Source: a virus (Duplodnaviria; Caudoviricetes). Taken from it: a stretch of 54,260 nucleotides of DNA. Made by a program: the position numbers and the translations under genes. The notes beneath the pieces were generated by a model. The model had not been told where the DNA came from and did no database searches. It saw only the letters and a list, made by a program, of their open reading frames with translations. The stretch's first letter is position 1. Each line of letters opens with the position of its first letter. This document shows positions 29,001 to 37,396 of this stretch, piece by piece. The stretch spans positions 1 to 54,260 of the IMG/VR virus record IMGVR_UViG_3300036861_000225. The stretch is one strand, 5' to 3'.

Positions 29001-29760
29001 CAGCAGCGAAAGCGCTGCCGCGAAGCCCGAAGCCACCCAGCGCCCCGCTGGCACAGCTCCAGCCGCAGCCGGGCAACCCGGGGCCAACCGCCCTGCAACG
29101 CCCGGAGCCGAACGTGCGGGGAGTCAGCCCGGCGGATCGAGCGAAAAACGTGGTGTAGATAAGCAAGGCGCCGAGTACACGCTCTCGGTGAAGCCCGAAG
29201 AGTTCGGCGCCGGCCGCGAGAAGACCAAGGCGATCATGGTTGAGGCGCGCGATCCGCAGACCGGCGAGCGCCGCGGCTTCATCGACTTCGCGATCCGGCC
29301 CGATGGCGTGCTCACCGCAGAGAATGCGAGGGTAGCGCCCAACTTCCAGAAGCGCGGCATCGCCGAAATGATGTACAAGGCCGCGCGTGACGCGGGCCAT
29401 GACATCGCGCCGGGGCGCGTGCAGACGGATGCCGGGCAGGCGATGGTTGAAGCGCTCCAGAAGAAGGGGCTCATCAACAAGGAAGCCGAAGGCCCGCGCG
29501 CCAAGGCGAGCGAGCTCGTGAAGGAGCCCAAGGGTTTTGAGAAGGGCGCGCAGAAGAAAGCCGCCCCGCCGATCGCGCACAAGGACCCGGGCGAGCCGGC
29601 CGAAGCCGTGACCCCGAGCGTTGTCGCGCAGTCGCTGGGCAAGAACGCGAAGCCGGCCGAAATGCGCGACACGCTGCTCAAGCAGATCGATGATGCGATT
29701 GCGAAGGCCAAGGCGCGGTTCGCGTCCTGGCTCAAGGAAAACGCCGAACCGCTCGACTGA
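26089..29760 (+). CDS. Largest ejection / polyvalent-type protein, 1223 aa, with PxGEATE repeats and a C-terminal GNAT domain
   Basis: ALRNADASGNVEDAKRLA N-terminus; VAPNFQKRGIAEMMY acetyl-CoA motif A. Confidence 0.8.
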   Translation: MPSYDDVMTALRNADASGNVEDAKRLAQIASRLRSQQTEAPVAPPPAVGAPGTVLDITGAPTNISREATLAMIPGSAPPAPPAPEPSFLEKARGAVEAGLSLATGLVNALPGAVGGYVGGAVGAAETALRGGVQPGVINAPGMPAGARIGTPRGSEASTPMLSALNEAMGQGAQAATYQPSTETGQEYAEKAGEALGPLMATLGGHAGTLAPAVPGARPALEATGTAAKRVGAAAVEAAVPTITPQRAANVRAGMEQGLTFAPHQLAENKFVKMAGETAESVPGSFGEMRRADRQQAFNQALIKHVNPEETATRLTGDVLGAAMNRSGGKIGEITAKTELPLEDVQGGFAAQRRALSRTTEDAQRVVGGYIDEFERLAAENGGSIPGTAFKDLNSELGREIRANAGNPLGNKLSDLQDVVLDAFRDKLSAEDRAAYDTSRREYAKAKTILPLVAKSVEGDIAPGALMNAVTASKAGKEAMGRGRGGELGELARAGKYLVDQKSSGTAERSLVYKFILDPIKETAKAATMYPAAVAYNLAGPAVARAMVRKGLKKGGAELPPEELPPGAGGAAEPPPGGAGPAGGPPAPIDPRLAEVEKLRAQSTDPAVQAALDEHAKTVQKTIAAETAAKKQAASVEALEAAAKATEDPALRKTLQARADKLRAEKIPVGEVIEGQPVIPVEKPGKIPAGKATEGQPEIPVGKTEKVPAGEATEIAPEVAPEVTAPEVTAPPEPLPVGEATELKPTVPVGEATELKPTVPVGEATEIAPEVVAPEAPIPVGEATEFPPIPTGEATEVTIGGGKGDYAHTALFDAAQKRGIETRGRRPSEVRAAVENAVIKEHKLGPQDAERAKAVAKALDIDEKAVENAAVQHERSPRMFDREIDRIIEQGTAQPEAAPAAAAPTYQKGNSWVLREKATGKVIMETYDPKKVAALNTEKYEAVPIGEYLAGVNRKIKEGAPNAPETKQAIGSSESAAAKPEATQRPAGTAPAAAGQPGANRPATPGAERAGSQPGGSSEKRGVDKQGAEYTLSVKPEEFGAGREKTKAIMVEARDPQTGERRGFIDFAIRPDGVLTAENARVAPNFQKRGIAEMMYKAARDAGHDIAPGRVQTDAGQAMVEALQKKGLINKEAEGPRAKASELVKEPKGFEKGAQKKAAPPIAHKDPGEPAEAVTPSVVAQSLGKNAKPAEMRDTLLKQIDDAIAKAKARFASWLKENAEPLD
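28087..28478 (+). repeat. About 9-10 copies of [ILV]P[VAT]G[EK]ATE-like peptide repeat, including a 36-nt tandem duplication
   Basis: PVGEATELKPTV twice in tandem at about 28294..28365; APEVT also repeated. Confidence 0.9.
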
Positions 29761-29771
29761 AAAGGACGATC

Positions 29772-29933
29772 ATGCCTCTCATCAAGTCCCCCTCCAAGAA
29801 AGCCGTTGGCCCGAACATCAAGGCCGAGCTCATGGCCGGCAAGCCCAAGAAACAGGCTATCGCCATCGCCCTTAGCGTGCAGCGGCGCGCCGGTGGCGGC
29901 AAGCCTGCCCCGAAACCCAAGAAAGGAAAGTGA
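29772..29933 (+). CDS. Small basic phage protein (MPLIKSPSKKAVGPNIKAEL...KQAIAIALS)
   Basis: AAGGA SD; KQAIAIAL motif common in small phage late proteins. Confidence 0.75.
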   Translation: MPLIKSPSKKAVGPNIKAELMAGKPKKQAIAIALSVQRRAGGGKPAPKPKKGK

Positions 29934-29936
29934 CCC

Positions 29937-30068
29937 ATGACTATGATTTTCGGCATCCTCATCGGCCTCGCGCTGGGCTGGTTCGGCCACACGTACTGGC
30001 TCAAGCGTCAATCGTCGGCCGGCGGAATCGAGAAGCCTCAAGGCACTGGCGGTCACGGGGAAGAGTGA
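29937..30068 (+). CDS. Single-TM peptide, 43 aa
   Basis: MTMIFGILIGLALGWFG...; TGATG overlap with the next gene. Confidence 0.6.
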   Translation: MTMIFGILIGLALGWFGHTYWLKRQSSAGGIEKPQGTGGHGEE

Positions 30069-30478
30069 TGCGCAAGGCGTTCCTGCCGTCGCTGTTGCTG
30101 GTGCTCGTGGTAATCACGCACTACAGCTACGACCTGATCGCCAGTTTCTACGCGAACCAACTGGCCGCAGCGAAGGCGTGGCACTCCGTGCTGCGCGCGG
30201 TGGAGTCGACGGTGCTCTACCTCGCTGTCTGGTCGCTCGTGCCGCTCAAGCCCGCAGCGATCCGCTACGCTGCGGCGCTCGCGTGCACGTGGGGTGCGGC
30301 CGAGTCCGCGCAGATCGCTGCGTGCCGCGTGCTGTACCCGATGGACAGACCCCCGCCTGACACTCCGCTCTATTCAGGGCTGTGCGACAAGGCCACGGGG
30401 CTACCTCTCTACATGATGGTGATCACTGCCATCCTTCTCGTTGCCGTCTTGAGGAAGACAAATGGATCTGCCACCTGA
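30068..30478 (+). CDS. Multi-pass membrane protein in the lysis region
   Basis: About 4 hydrophobic segments; in-frame ATG of ORF 29930..30478. Confidence 0.7.
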   Translation: MRKAFLPSLLLVLVVITHYSYDLIASFYANQLAAAKAWHSVLRAVESTVLYLAVWSLVPLKPAAIRYAAALACTWGAAESAQIAACRVLYPMDRPPPDTPLYSGLCDKATGLPLYMMVITAILLVAVLRKTNGSAT

Positions 30479-30767
30479 GGTAAAGGAAGCCGTCCCGGGG
30501 GTCGCAGGCAGCATCACGGCGCTCCTGTTCTTCCGCGACGGCTGGCGGCGCGCCGCGGGTACGCTCGTCGCCGGCGCCGCGATCGCGAAGTTCGTTGGCC
30601 CGTTCATCGCCGTGACGATTGGCAGCAGTTCAGAGGTCGCGGGTTACATCACTGGCCTCTTCGGCATCGCAATCGTGGCGAAAATTTTCGACATGATCAC
30701 GAACTTCGACGCCAAGCAGGCCGCCGCCGACCTGTGGAACGCGATCGTCGAACGGGTGAAGAGGTGA
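30462..30767 (+). CDS. Putative holin
   Basis: 101 aa, about 3 hydrophobic segments, basic C-terminus, upstream of the endolysin. Confidence 0.65.
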   Translation: MDLPPEVKEAVPGVAGSITALLFFRDGWRRAAGTLVAGAAIAKFVGPFIAVTIGSSSEVAGYITGLFGIAIVAKIFDMITNFDAKQAAADLWNAIVERVKR

Positions 30768-30771
30768 ACCA

Positions 30772-31134
30772 ATGTGGCTCGTTTCCGCTGTCTCTCTGGC
30801 CGTCACGATGCTTCTGTGCATCGTCGGCGTGTTCATCCCGCCTCGCTTCTACGATGACAATCTAGCCCAGCGCGCCGGCATGGCCGGCGTGTTCATCGTG
30901 TGCTGGCCGCGGCTCGTGCACCTGATCGACAACCAAGGCTTCGTCGGCAACTGCTTGCCGGTGGCGGCACAAGTCCTCGGGCACGTCGGACTTGCGCTGT
31001 TCGCGATCGGGACCGCCTACAAGGCGTGGAAGTACCGGCCGCCCAGACTCAGCGATACGCCGCCCCCACCGAAACCGTTGCGAGATCTGCCGCATGCCGA
31101 TGCGCTGCGCGTGGCCGGAAGGGGCAAGCCGTGA
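30772..31134 (+). CDS. Membrane protein (holin/antiholin candidate)
   Basis: Three hydrophobic segments; GAGGTG SD. Confidence 0.65.
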   Translation: MWLVSAVSLAVTMLLCIVGVFIPPRFYDDNLAQRAGMAGVFIVCWPRLVHLIDNQGFVGNCLPVAAQVLGHVGLALFAIGTAYKAWKYRPPRLSDTPPPPKPLRDLPHADALRVAGRGKP

Positions 31135-31658
31135 ACGTCGAGCAGCTCGCCGCTGCCTGCGGCTGTTCTCTACCACTTGCGCAGACGTGGCTCGATCCGG
31201 TCAACGAGGCGATGGCCACCTACGACATCAACACGCCAGCGCGGCAAGCTGCCTTCCTGGCCCAGATCGGGCACGAGAGTGGCGGACTGCGCTGGGTGCG
31301 CGAGATCTGGGGCCCGACGCTTGCGCAAGCGGGATACGAGGGGCGCGAGGACTTGGGCAACACCGAGCCCGGCGACGGCCGGCGTTATATGGGCCGCGGG
31401 CTCATCCAAGTCACCGGCCGCGCCAACTACGCACGCATGAGCAACGCGCTGGGACACGACTTCGTGGGCGAACCCGAGGCGCTGGAGCAACCGCACTGGG
31501 CTGCGCTCAGCGCCGGCTGGTACTGGCATGCACGCGGGCTGAACTCGCTTGCCGATGCCGGCGACTTCGAGCGGATCACCCGGCGCATCAACGGCGGGCT
31601 CAACGGGCAAGCGGACCGCGTGGCGCGGTTTGAGAAGGCGCAGCAGGCTCTCGCATGA
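31131..31658 (+). CDS. Endolysin, glycoside hydrolase family 19
   Basis: AFLAQIGHES, GDG.RY.GRGLIQVTGRANY, TRRINGGLNG. Confidence 0.95.
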   Translation: MNVEQLAAACGCSLPLAQTWLDPVNEAMATYDINTPARQAAFLAQIGHESGGLRWVREIWGPTLAQAGYEGREDLGNTEPGDGRRYMGRGLIQVTGRANYARMSNALGHDFVGEPEALEQPHWAALSAGWYWHARGLNSLADAGDFERITRRINGGLNGQADRVARFEKAQQALA

Positions 31659-32356
31659 CTCTTCGTTGCTTCATCGGCTGGGACGCGCGCGAGGCGCGCG
31701 CCGCGCGCGTGGCGGCCCGTACGCTCAACGCGCGCAGCACGCTACACGCCGAGTTCTTGCAGCTCGGGCGCTTGCGCGAGACCGGACTGCTGACCCGGCT
31801 CGCGGACCGGCGCAGCCCGGACGGCGGCTACGCGCACCACGACATCATCAGCAACGCGAAAGCGTCGACCGACTTCGCGTTCAGTCGCTTCCTGACGCCG
31901 ATCCTGTGCCAGAGCGGGTGGGCGCTCTTCACAGATTGCGACGTCGTGTTCCTGCGCAACCCGGTGCAGATGCTGCGCGAGGTCGAACCGGGCAAGGCGG
32001 TGTACGTCGTCAAGCACGAGTACGCGCCTGCGGAGTCGACCAAGATGGACGGGCAACCGCAAACGGCCTACGCGCGCAAGAACTGGAGTTCGGTGATCCT
32101 CTGGAACACGGACCATCCCGCGAATCGCCGACTCACGCTGCACGACGTCAACACGCGGCCCGGGCTCTGGCTGCATCAATTCGGATGGCTTGCCGACGAA
32201 GAGATCGGTGCGCTCGATCCCGCGTGGAACTGGCTCGTCAACGTGCAGCCGCGTCCGATGGAAATCGGCATCGCGCACTTCACCCTCGGGGGCCCGTTCA
32301 ACGATGGCTGGAAGGGCGCCGAGCATGACGAGATCTGGCACGAGGCGGCGCGGTGA
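31655..32356 (+). CDS. GT-A fold glycosyltransferase (GT8-like phage family)
   Basis: FIGWD.RE, STDFAFSRF, DCD (DxD), RKNWSS, WNWLV, HFT.GGP. Confidence 0.85.
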   Translation: MTLRCFIGWDAREARAARVAARTLNARSTLHAEFLQLGRLRETGLLTRLADRRSPDGGYAHHDIISNAKASTDFAFSRFLTPILCQSGWALFTDCDVVFLRNPVQMLREVEPGKAVYVVKHEYAPAESTKMDGQPQTAYARKNWSSVILWNTDHPANRRLTLHDVNTRPGLWLHQFGWLADEEIGALDPAWNWLVNVQPRPMEIGIAHFTLGGPFNDGWKGAEHDEIWHEAAR

Positions 32357-32844
32357 GGATTCGGCGCAGCGGTACGCCTCTGCCGCGCGACTTCATCAAT
32401 CACCCTGCCGGCGAGGGCATCCTCGCGGAGTGCGACGTCGGCGTGCGTGGCAGGCGCGGGCTGCACGCGAAGCTCTTGGTGTTCAAGAACCGTACCGCGT
32501 TGCGGCAATTCTGGGTCGAAGCCCTTGGAAAGCATCACGACCTCGGACGAGGATGCTTCGGGGCCGTGAACGGCCTGTCACGCGAGATCGTGGACGCTCG
32601 CGGGCGTAGCATCATGCAAGTCGACCCGCGGTACTTCTGCCTCATCGGTCTCGTGCACGGGTTCCTGAGTATGGAGATCATCTGCCATGAAGCCGGGCAC
32701 GCGGGCTTCGCGTACGCAAAACGCCGACGCGGCAACCACTGGGTTGACGCTCTCACGCTCGACGAGGAAAATGTGTGCTACCCCGCCGGCAGGATCGCCG
32801 CGGCGATCAACCGATTCGTACACCGCAAAGGGCTGTACGAGTGA
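32353..32844 (+). CDS. Hypothetical protein with HExxH (zincin-like) motif
   Basis: IICHEAGHAG followed by a downstream EE..C.; GTGA overlap. Confidence 0.6.
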   Translation: MRIRRSGTPLPRDFINHPAGEGILAECDVGVRGRRGLHAKLLVFKNRTALRQFWVEALGKHHDLGRGCFGAVNGLSREIVDARGRSIMQVDPRYFCLIGLVHGFLSMEIICHEAGHAGFAYAKRRRGNHWVDALTLDEENVCYPAGRIAAAINRFVHRKGLYE

Positions 32845-32858
32845 GCGGAGACCCGACC

Positions 32859-33053
32859 ATGAAGATGATGAAAAAGCCCCTGACCGCGATCGCGAAGAAG
32901 ATGCACGAGGGCGGCCTTCACGAGTCGCTGGGCGTGCCCAAGGGCAAGAAGATCCCGGCGGCCAAGGTTGCGGCCGCGGCCAAGAAGCCGGGCAAGGTGG
33001 GCAAACAGGCGCGGCTCGCCGAGACCTTCGCCAAGTACCGCAAGGGCGGCTAA
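32859..33053 (+). CDS. Small Lys-rich phage protein
   Basis: GGLHESLGVPKGKKIPA...QARLAETF; GGAG SD. Confidence 0.75.
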   Translation: MKMMKKPLTAIAKKMHEGGLHESLGVPKGKKIPAAKVAAAAKKPGKVGKQARLAETFAKYRKGG

Positions 33054-33553
33054 GGCGCCGGCTCTCGTTCGGCCTTCACGAACTCCTGAAGGCCCGTCAC
33101 TTGGACTGAAGCCGCGTCAGCTCGGCTTGCCATCTCTTGAAGTTGGCCGCTGCACTCGCCGAGTTGTCGGCTGAGGGTGGCGATCGCATCAGCTGCTCGG
33201 GAGGCGTCGGCAGCCGTGGCGGCGGCACTGGATTGCACAGCGGCAAGCTGTGACCGCAGGCTGTCACCGTCAGCACGAGCACGCACAGCAACAACGCGAG
33301 CATGGTCCATTTGAACGGCGGTGTCATGGGCGATCTCTCCTGCGCGTACGGCGCTTCGTTGCTCAAGTCGTCGGTTCTCTTGCGACTGCTCCAGCGCCTG
33401 CGCGTTGAGCTCGGCGGTCTGTTTGTCCCACTTGGCCTGCACCTCGCTGCGGCCTTCCTTTACGCCGTGGTGGTGCACGCCGCCGATCGCTGCCGCAAGT
33501 AGACCAAGCATCGCCGTGATCGCGAGAAGCCGCAGGCCGAGTGCGCTGATCAT
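33050..33553 (-). CDS. Rz-like inner-membrane spanin
   Basis: N-terminal TM helix plus periplasmic coiled coil with a Cys; embedded lipoprotein gene. Confidence 0.85.
   Translation of the reverse strand: MISALGLRLLAITAMLGLLAAAIGGVHHHGVKEGRSEVQAKWDKQTAELNAQALEQSQENRRLEQRSAVRAGEIAHDTAVQMDHARVVAVRARADGDSLRSQLAAVQSSAAATAADASRAADAIATLSRQLGECSGQLQEMASRADAASVQVTGLQEFVKAEREPAP
33097..33327 (-). CDS. Rz1-like outer-membrane lipoprotein spanin embedded in Rz
   Basis: GGAGAG SD; signal peptide with lipobox VTA-C; Pro-rich PVPPPRLPTPP. Confidence 0.85.
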   Translation of the reverse strand: MTPPFKWTMLALLLCVLVLTVTACGHSLPLCNPVPPPRLPTPPEQLMRSPPSADNSASAAANFKRWQAELTRLQSK

Positions 33554-34068
33554 GCCCGCCGAGCCTCGATACGAAAGTCACGGTGCTTCTTGCCGATGGC
33601 GTGCCACTGGGTTTCGGCTTCGCGGATCTCGGTGAAGCCGTTCGCCTTGAGCAGCGGCCGAAGGGTCTTCGGAGTCCAGCCCCAACGATGACACATGAAC
33701 GGGTCTTGGTAGCCCGGGTCACCGTACAGGCCGAACATCGCGAGACTATCAAGATTCTTTACGTCTTCGGTCTCAATGAAGCGCACGAGGTTCTTCGCGC
33801 ATTTCTTCACGTCGGGCATTTCGAGCACGAGCAGGCCGCCGGGCTTGAGCAGTCGACGCCACTCGGTAAGAGCTTGCGGAGCTTCCCACTTGTAGAAGTG
33901 CTCGAACAGGTGAATCGCCATCACCTCGTCGGCGCAGCCGTCCGGTAAGGGGATTTCGGTCGCCTTGGCAAAGATCTCGGGATCGCGGGGCGCCTTCGGC
34001 GAGCGCACCACATCGACGTTCGTCCACCCGTCGAGGACGTGGCGGCCGCATCCAACATTGATCTTCAC
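33550..34068 (-). CDS. Class I SAM-dependent methyltransferase (Methyltransf_11-like)
   Basis: INVGCG...W.NVD, HLFEH, RLLKPGG; GTG start with GAGG SD. Confidence 0.9.
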   Translation of the reverse strand: MKINVGCGRHVLDGWTNVDVVRSPKAPRDPEIFAKATEIPLPDGCADEVMAIHLFEHFYKWEAPQALTEWRRLLKPGGLLVLEMPDVKKCAKNLVRFIETEDVKNLDSLAMFGLYGDPGYQDPFMCHRWGWTPKTLRPLLKANGFTEIREAETQWHAIGKKHRDFRIEARRA

Positions 34069-34190
34069 AGTTTGCCTCTCCCTGCACGAATGCCACCGAC
34101 GACGCATGCGGCAAACCCCACCAGCACCATCGCAACGACCAGCCATAGGAGCGTGGCAAGCCCCCAACCCATTGCGGCTTTGACGCCCAT
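34065..34190 (-). CDS. Single-TM peptide, 41 aa
   Basis: Overlaps both neighbours; hydrophobic helix. Confidence 0.55.
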   Translation of the reverse strand: MGVKAAMGWGLATLLWLVVAMVLVGFAACVVGGIRAGRGKL

Positions 34191-34969
34191 CAACTCACAC
34201 ATTTGAGCACCATCTTCCATGCTTCGGCGGCCTCGTTCGGCCGCCAGTTGAAGAACATGCACCGCCACAGCAGCTCAAGCCGATTTTGCGGGGTGTAGGG
34301 CTTGCCGTCCAGCCATGTTGCCGCGCCGTCGCTCGACTCGAACGGAACCCCAGCTACGCAAGCATCGAGCGCCACGTTCGAGTGCCGGCACACGACAAGC
34401 GACGCACCCTTGAGCACATGCTCGATCGGCGAGCTCGCGTCGATCAGCGAGCACGGGATCGTAGGGTACGAGCGCCCGGGCTTCGGCCGAAAGATGATCT
34501 GATGCTTCGGGAACCGCCGCTTGAGCTTGCCGAGCGCCACGAGTTCCCAATGCGGGTTGTCGGTGATGGCGCGCGTCTTCGGGCCCATACCCGCGAGGAT
34601 GATCGGCCCCTTGGGGTCGTAGTCGTTGCGCAGCGGCAAGTGGAGCTTGTCCCATCGCGAGCTGTCGCGCGGTGCGCGATCAAGCAACTTCTGGGGGTGC
34701 CAGTCGTTGACCGAGAACCGCATGCCGCCGATGAAATCCTTCGTCGCAAAGTAGCCCATATCCCAGAGCACCGACGTGCCGCCGCGCGCCCGGTGCGCTT
34801 CGACTATCTTCATGCGCTCGGGGTCGCCGACACCATAGGTCATCAGCACCGCGGCGCGGCCGGTTGGCTTGTCGACAGCAGCGTGCGGCACTGGCGCCGC
34901 GGCGGCGAGCGCGCGGAGCATGCGCTCGCCCTTGTGGTGCATGTTGGACTGGATCAGGATCTCGATCAC
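34190..34969 (-). CDS. GT-B-like putative glycosyltransferase (KpsS/KpsC-like C-terminal motifs)
   Basis: WDMGYF, FRPKP, VVCRHSNVALDACVAGVP; GTGA overlap with GGAGG SD. Confidence 0.7.
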   Translation of the reverse strand: MIEILIQSNMHHKGERMLRALAAAAPVPHAAVDKPTGRAAVLMTYGVGDPERMKIVEAHRARGGTSVLWDMGYFATKDFIGGMRFSVNDWHPQKLLDRAPRDSSRWDKLHLPLRNDYDPKGPIILAGMGPKTRAITDNPHWELVALGKLKRRFPKHQIIFRPKPGRSYPTIPCSLIDASSPIEHVLKGASLVVCRHSNVALDACVAGVPFESSDGAATWLDGKPYTPQNRLELLWRCMFFNWRPNEAAEAWKMVLKCVS

Positions 34970-35808
34970 AGCCCCTCCAACCATTCGCGGTAGTTCGCCG
35001 CCACGCTCGCCAACGTGAATGGCGCGGCGCGCATCTCGGTCGACACGTGATGCCGCACCGAGGCGTCGGCGAGCGTATCGAACGCATCGTGGAGTTCGGC
35101 CTTCGTGTCGGCCCAGGTCGCGGCCGAGTTGTCGGTCTCCAGATACCCGGCCTCGCGGTTGCAGACGATCGGCGTGCCTGAGCCCTGCGCATTCGCCAAC
35201 TTGACGTTGGACTTCCAATGCTTCGGGGCGTAGCCGTCCGCCTCGCGAAGAGCAACCACGATGTCGAGATCGGCGAGCGTCGCCGGCTTCGTGACGAAGC
35301 GCCAGCCGCGGCGCGTGCACTCAGCTTCAAGGATCTCCTGCCACTTGCCCAGGTACTGCACGCCACCCTCATAGCCCACGGTCTCGACGACGCGGCGCAC
35401 GGGGTTGATTGGCTGACCCGGGCGCGCGTGGTGCGGCAGCGTGAGCACCGGGGCCTTGAACCCGGTCTCACGGATGTCTTCGACCATTGCGCGCGTCGCG
35501 GCGACGAGCGCATGCGGCTTCAGCAGCTCGATCTGGCTCTTGAGCCAGCGCAGGCACGCGCCACGGTCCCACAGATTGCCGTGAGGCTGCGGCCACGCAT
35601 CCACGATGTCCCACACGATCGGGATGCGCTGCGCGCGCATGGCCTCAACGGTGCGGGAATCGATGCGCTTGACGATGACCCCAAGGTCCATGTGCTTCGC
35701 GGGGCGTGCGTGCGGGATGGTGGTCGCGCCGATCGCGGTGCCAAGTTGCTCGCCGCGGATCTTCCAACTGCCGGACTTGCCGTTGCCGGTGATGAGGATG
35801 CGTTTCAA
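34966..35808 (-). CDS. GT-B-like putative glycosyltransferase
   Basis: VWDIVD, VGYEG, KSNVKLANAQGSGTPIV nucleotide-sugar-binding-like motif; TTG start. Confidence 0.7.
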   Translation of the reverse strand: MKRILITGNGKSGSWKIRGEQLGTAIGATTIPHARPAKHMDLGVIVKRIDSRTVEAMRAQRIPIVWDIVDAWPQPHGNLWDRGACLRWLKSQIELLKPHALVAATRAMVEDIRETGFKAPVLTLPHHARPGQPINPVRRVVETVGYEGGVQYLGKWQEILEAECTRRGWRFVTKPATLADLDIVVALREADGYAPKHWKSNVKLANAQGSGTPIVCNREAGYLETDNSAATWADTKAELHDAFDTLADASVRHHVSTEMRAAPFTLASVAANYREWLEGL

Positions 35809-36035
35809 TCGATCACCTTCATCTCAGTGATGAAATAGGCTTTGCCGTCCTTTGAGCCGAAGGCTTCCAGCAGGGCGCCGGAACGATACATCGGCGCCTC
35901 CCACTTCATCGCACCGCCGGAGGCTTCGCACGCAGCCCTCGCCGACTCCAGTCGGGCGAACAGACCGAGAGCCGCGTACCCGTTCGAGCAAATTTGCCCG
36001 TCGTCCCATGTCGCTTCTGCTCGGTAGATGATCAT
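35805..36035 (-). CDS. Hypothetical protein (MIIYRAEA...)
   Basis: GGGGAG SD; overlaps the downstream gene. Confidence 0.6.
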   Translation of the reverse strand: MIIYRAEATWDDGQICSNGYAALGLFARLESARAACEASGGAMKWEAPMYRSGALLEAFGSKDGKAYFITEMKVID

Positions 36036-36131
36036 CGCTTCACTCCCCATCCAAGTACCTCACTGCGCGCGAGGAACACTTGCCCGTCGATTGCGGCCGA
36101 CGGAACTTGCGCTCGAATTGCTCGTGAGGGG

Positions 36132-36893
36132 TCATGCCAGTAGCCTCCTAAATGCTTCGCCGCTCTCGACTTCGGACATGCTCCACTGAGCCCACGCCAA
36201 GCGCCGGAACATCGCGAGCCGCATGTCGTCGCGGCGGAGCGGCCCCTTCTTGAACTCACCTAGCGAATGGCACGCCAGCGCGCCGATCCACGATTGCATG
36301 CCGTAGAACACAGGCACGCCCATCATCAAAGCCTTGATCGCGGCGCCCGAGCTCCACGTCGCAACGCTCGATGCGCGCGCCAAGTCCTCTTCCAGCGTCG
36401 GGCCGTCCTTGTTCGTGCCGGGGTGCCGACGGATGCGCCCCTTGGTCGTGCTCACCGCGAGATTGAGCCAGCCGTCCGGTGCGCGCAGGCCGGGCTCGCC
36501 GATGCCGCGCTGCGCGAGGATGACGCATTCGCCGCCGGGCTTGCGCCACGGCGCGAGATTCACGCCCCACGAGTCCCAGCGCTCGGGGCCGCCATTCGGC
36601 CAACGGCCGGCGCCGTTGTGGTGGTTGTGCGCGATCGCGAACGACTGCTCGCCACGCCACTCCTTGCCCAGATAGCCGTTCTCCACGACGAGCACCTTCG
36701 CCTTCGCGGCCTCGAACTCGCGAGCGCGGGAGTGGCCTTCGCCCATGCGGTTCCACGTAACTATGAGGTCTTTAGAACTGGGATTCGCTACCATCCGGTC
36801 TGTGGGCGTGTAGCCAACGGCGCGCAGCCCCGCCATGAAGGCCTCGCGGCGGTAATGCAGGCCCGACCGGAACAGGACGACAGCGCGGCTCAC
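36132..36893 (-). CDS. GT-B-like putative glycosyltransferase, paralogue of 34190..34969
   Basis: VENGYL, RWDSW...PWR, IRRHP, TWSSGAAIKALMMGVPVF, QWS..E..SG. Confidence 0.75.
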   Translation of the reverse strand: MSRAVVLFRSGLHYRREAFMAGLRAVGYTPTDRMVANPSSKDLIVTWNRMGEGHSRAREFEAAKAKVLVVENGYLGKEWRGEQSFAIAHNHHNGAGRWPNGGPERWDSWGVNLAPWRKPGGECVILAQRGIGEPGLRAPDGWLNLAVSTTKGRIRRHPGTNKDGPTLEEDLARASSVATWSSGAAIKALMMGVPVFYGMQSWIGALACHSLGEFKKGPLRRDDMRLAMFRRLAWAQWSMSEVESGEAFRRLLA

Positions 36894-37396
36894 AAAAGCC
36901 CCAAGGATTTGTTTGTGCGTGCGAAGGGGCCGTAAAGCCGACGTGCCGCAGAGTCATAAGCCCGTGCGGCTTTCTTGGGGTCGGCAAACACGCCCAGATG
37001 CACGGAGCTGCCCACTTGAGCGCGCCACCCATTGCGAAACTTGCTCACGCCTTTGAAGCCGCTCGTGTTCCGCGACAGGAGCCCGCGGTTCGTTAGATTT
37101 TGGGATTGGTTGGCTTCTCGGAGATTCGCGCGGTGATTTGCCTCACTGCTACCGTTTTTGTGATCGGTGTTGGTCGGCCACGTACCATGCAAATAGAATA
37201 GTGCGAGCCGGTGTGCGTAGTAGAGAACCCCATCGATGCGGATTCGAGCGTACGTCTTGCCACTGTGCCGCTTGCTCATGCACCCAGCGGTCGATCCCGC
37301 GGGGCGTTGGGGGCTTGCCGAAACGCGCCATGTGAAAACGCCGGTCTTGGGGTCATATCGGAGTACTTCACGCAAACGTGCAAACGTCAGTTTCAC
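36890..37396 (-). CDS. HNH homing endonuclease with AP2 domain (copy 4)
   Basis: LRYDPKTGVFTW, AHRLA, DHKNG...NLREA, SGFKGV, AARAYDSAA..LYGPFARTN. Confidence 0.92.
   Translation of the reverse strand: MKLTFARLREVLRYDPKTGVFTWRVSASPQRPAGSTAGCMSKRHSGKTYARIRIDGVLYYAHRLALFYLHGTWPTNTDHKNGSSEANHRANLREANQSQNLTNRGLLSRNTSGFKGVSKFRNGWRAQVGSSVHLGVFADPKKAARAYDSAARRLYGPFARTNKSLGLL

Noticed and set aside
11035-37396. Group I introns or inteins housing the HNH genes
   Set aside because: Flanking genes are complete and directly abut the HNH ORFs; TerL, PolA and helicase show no intein motifs
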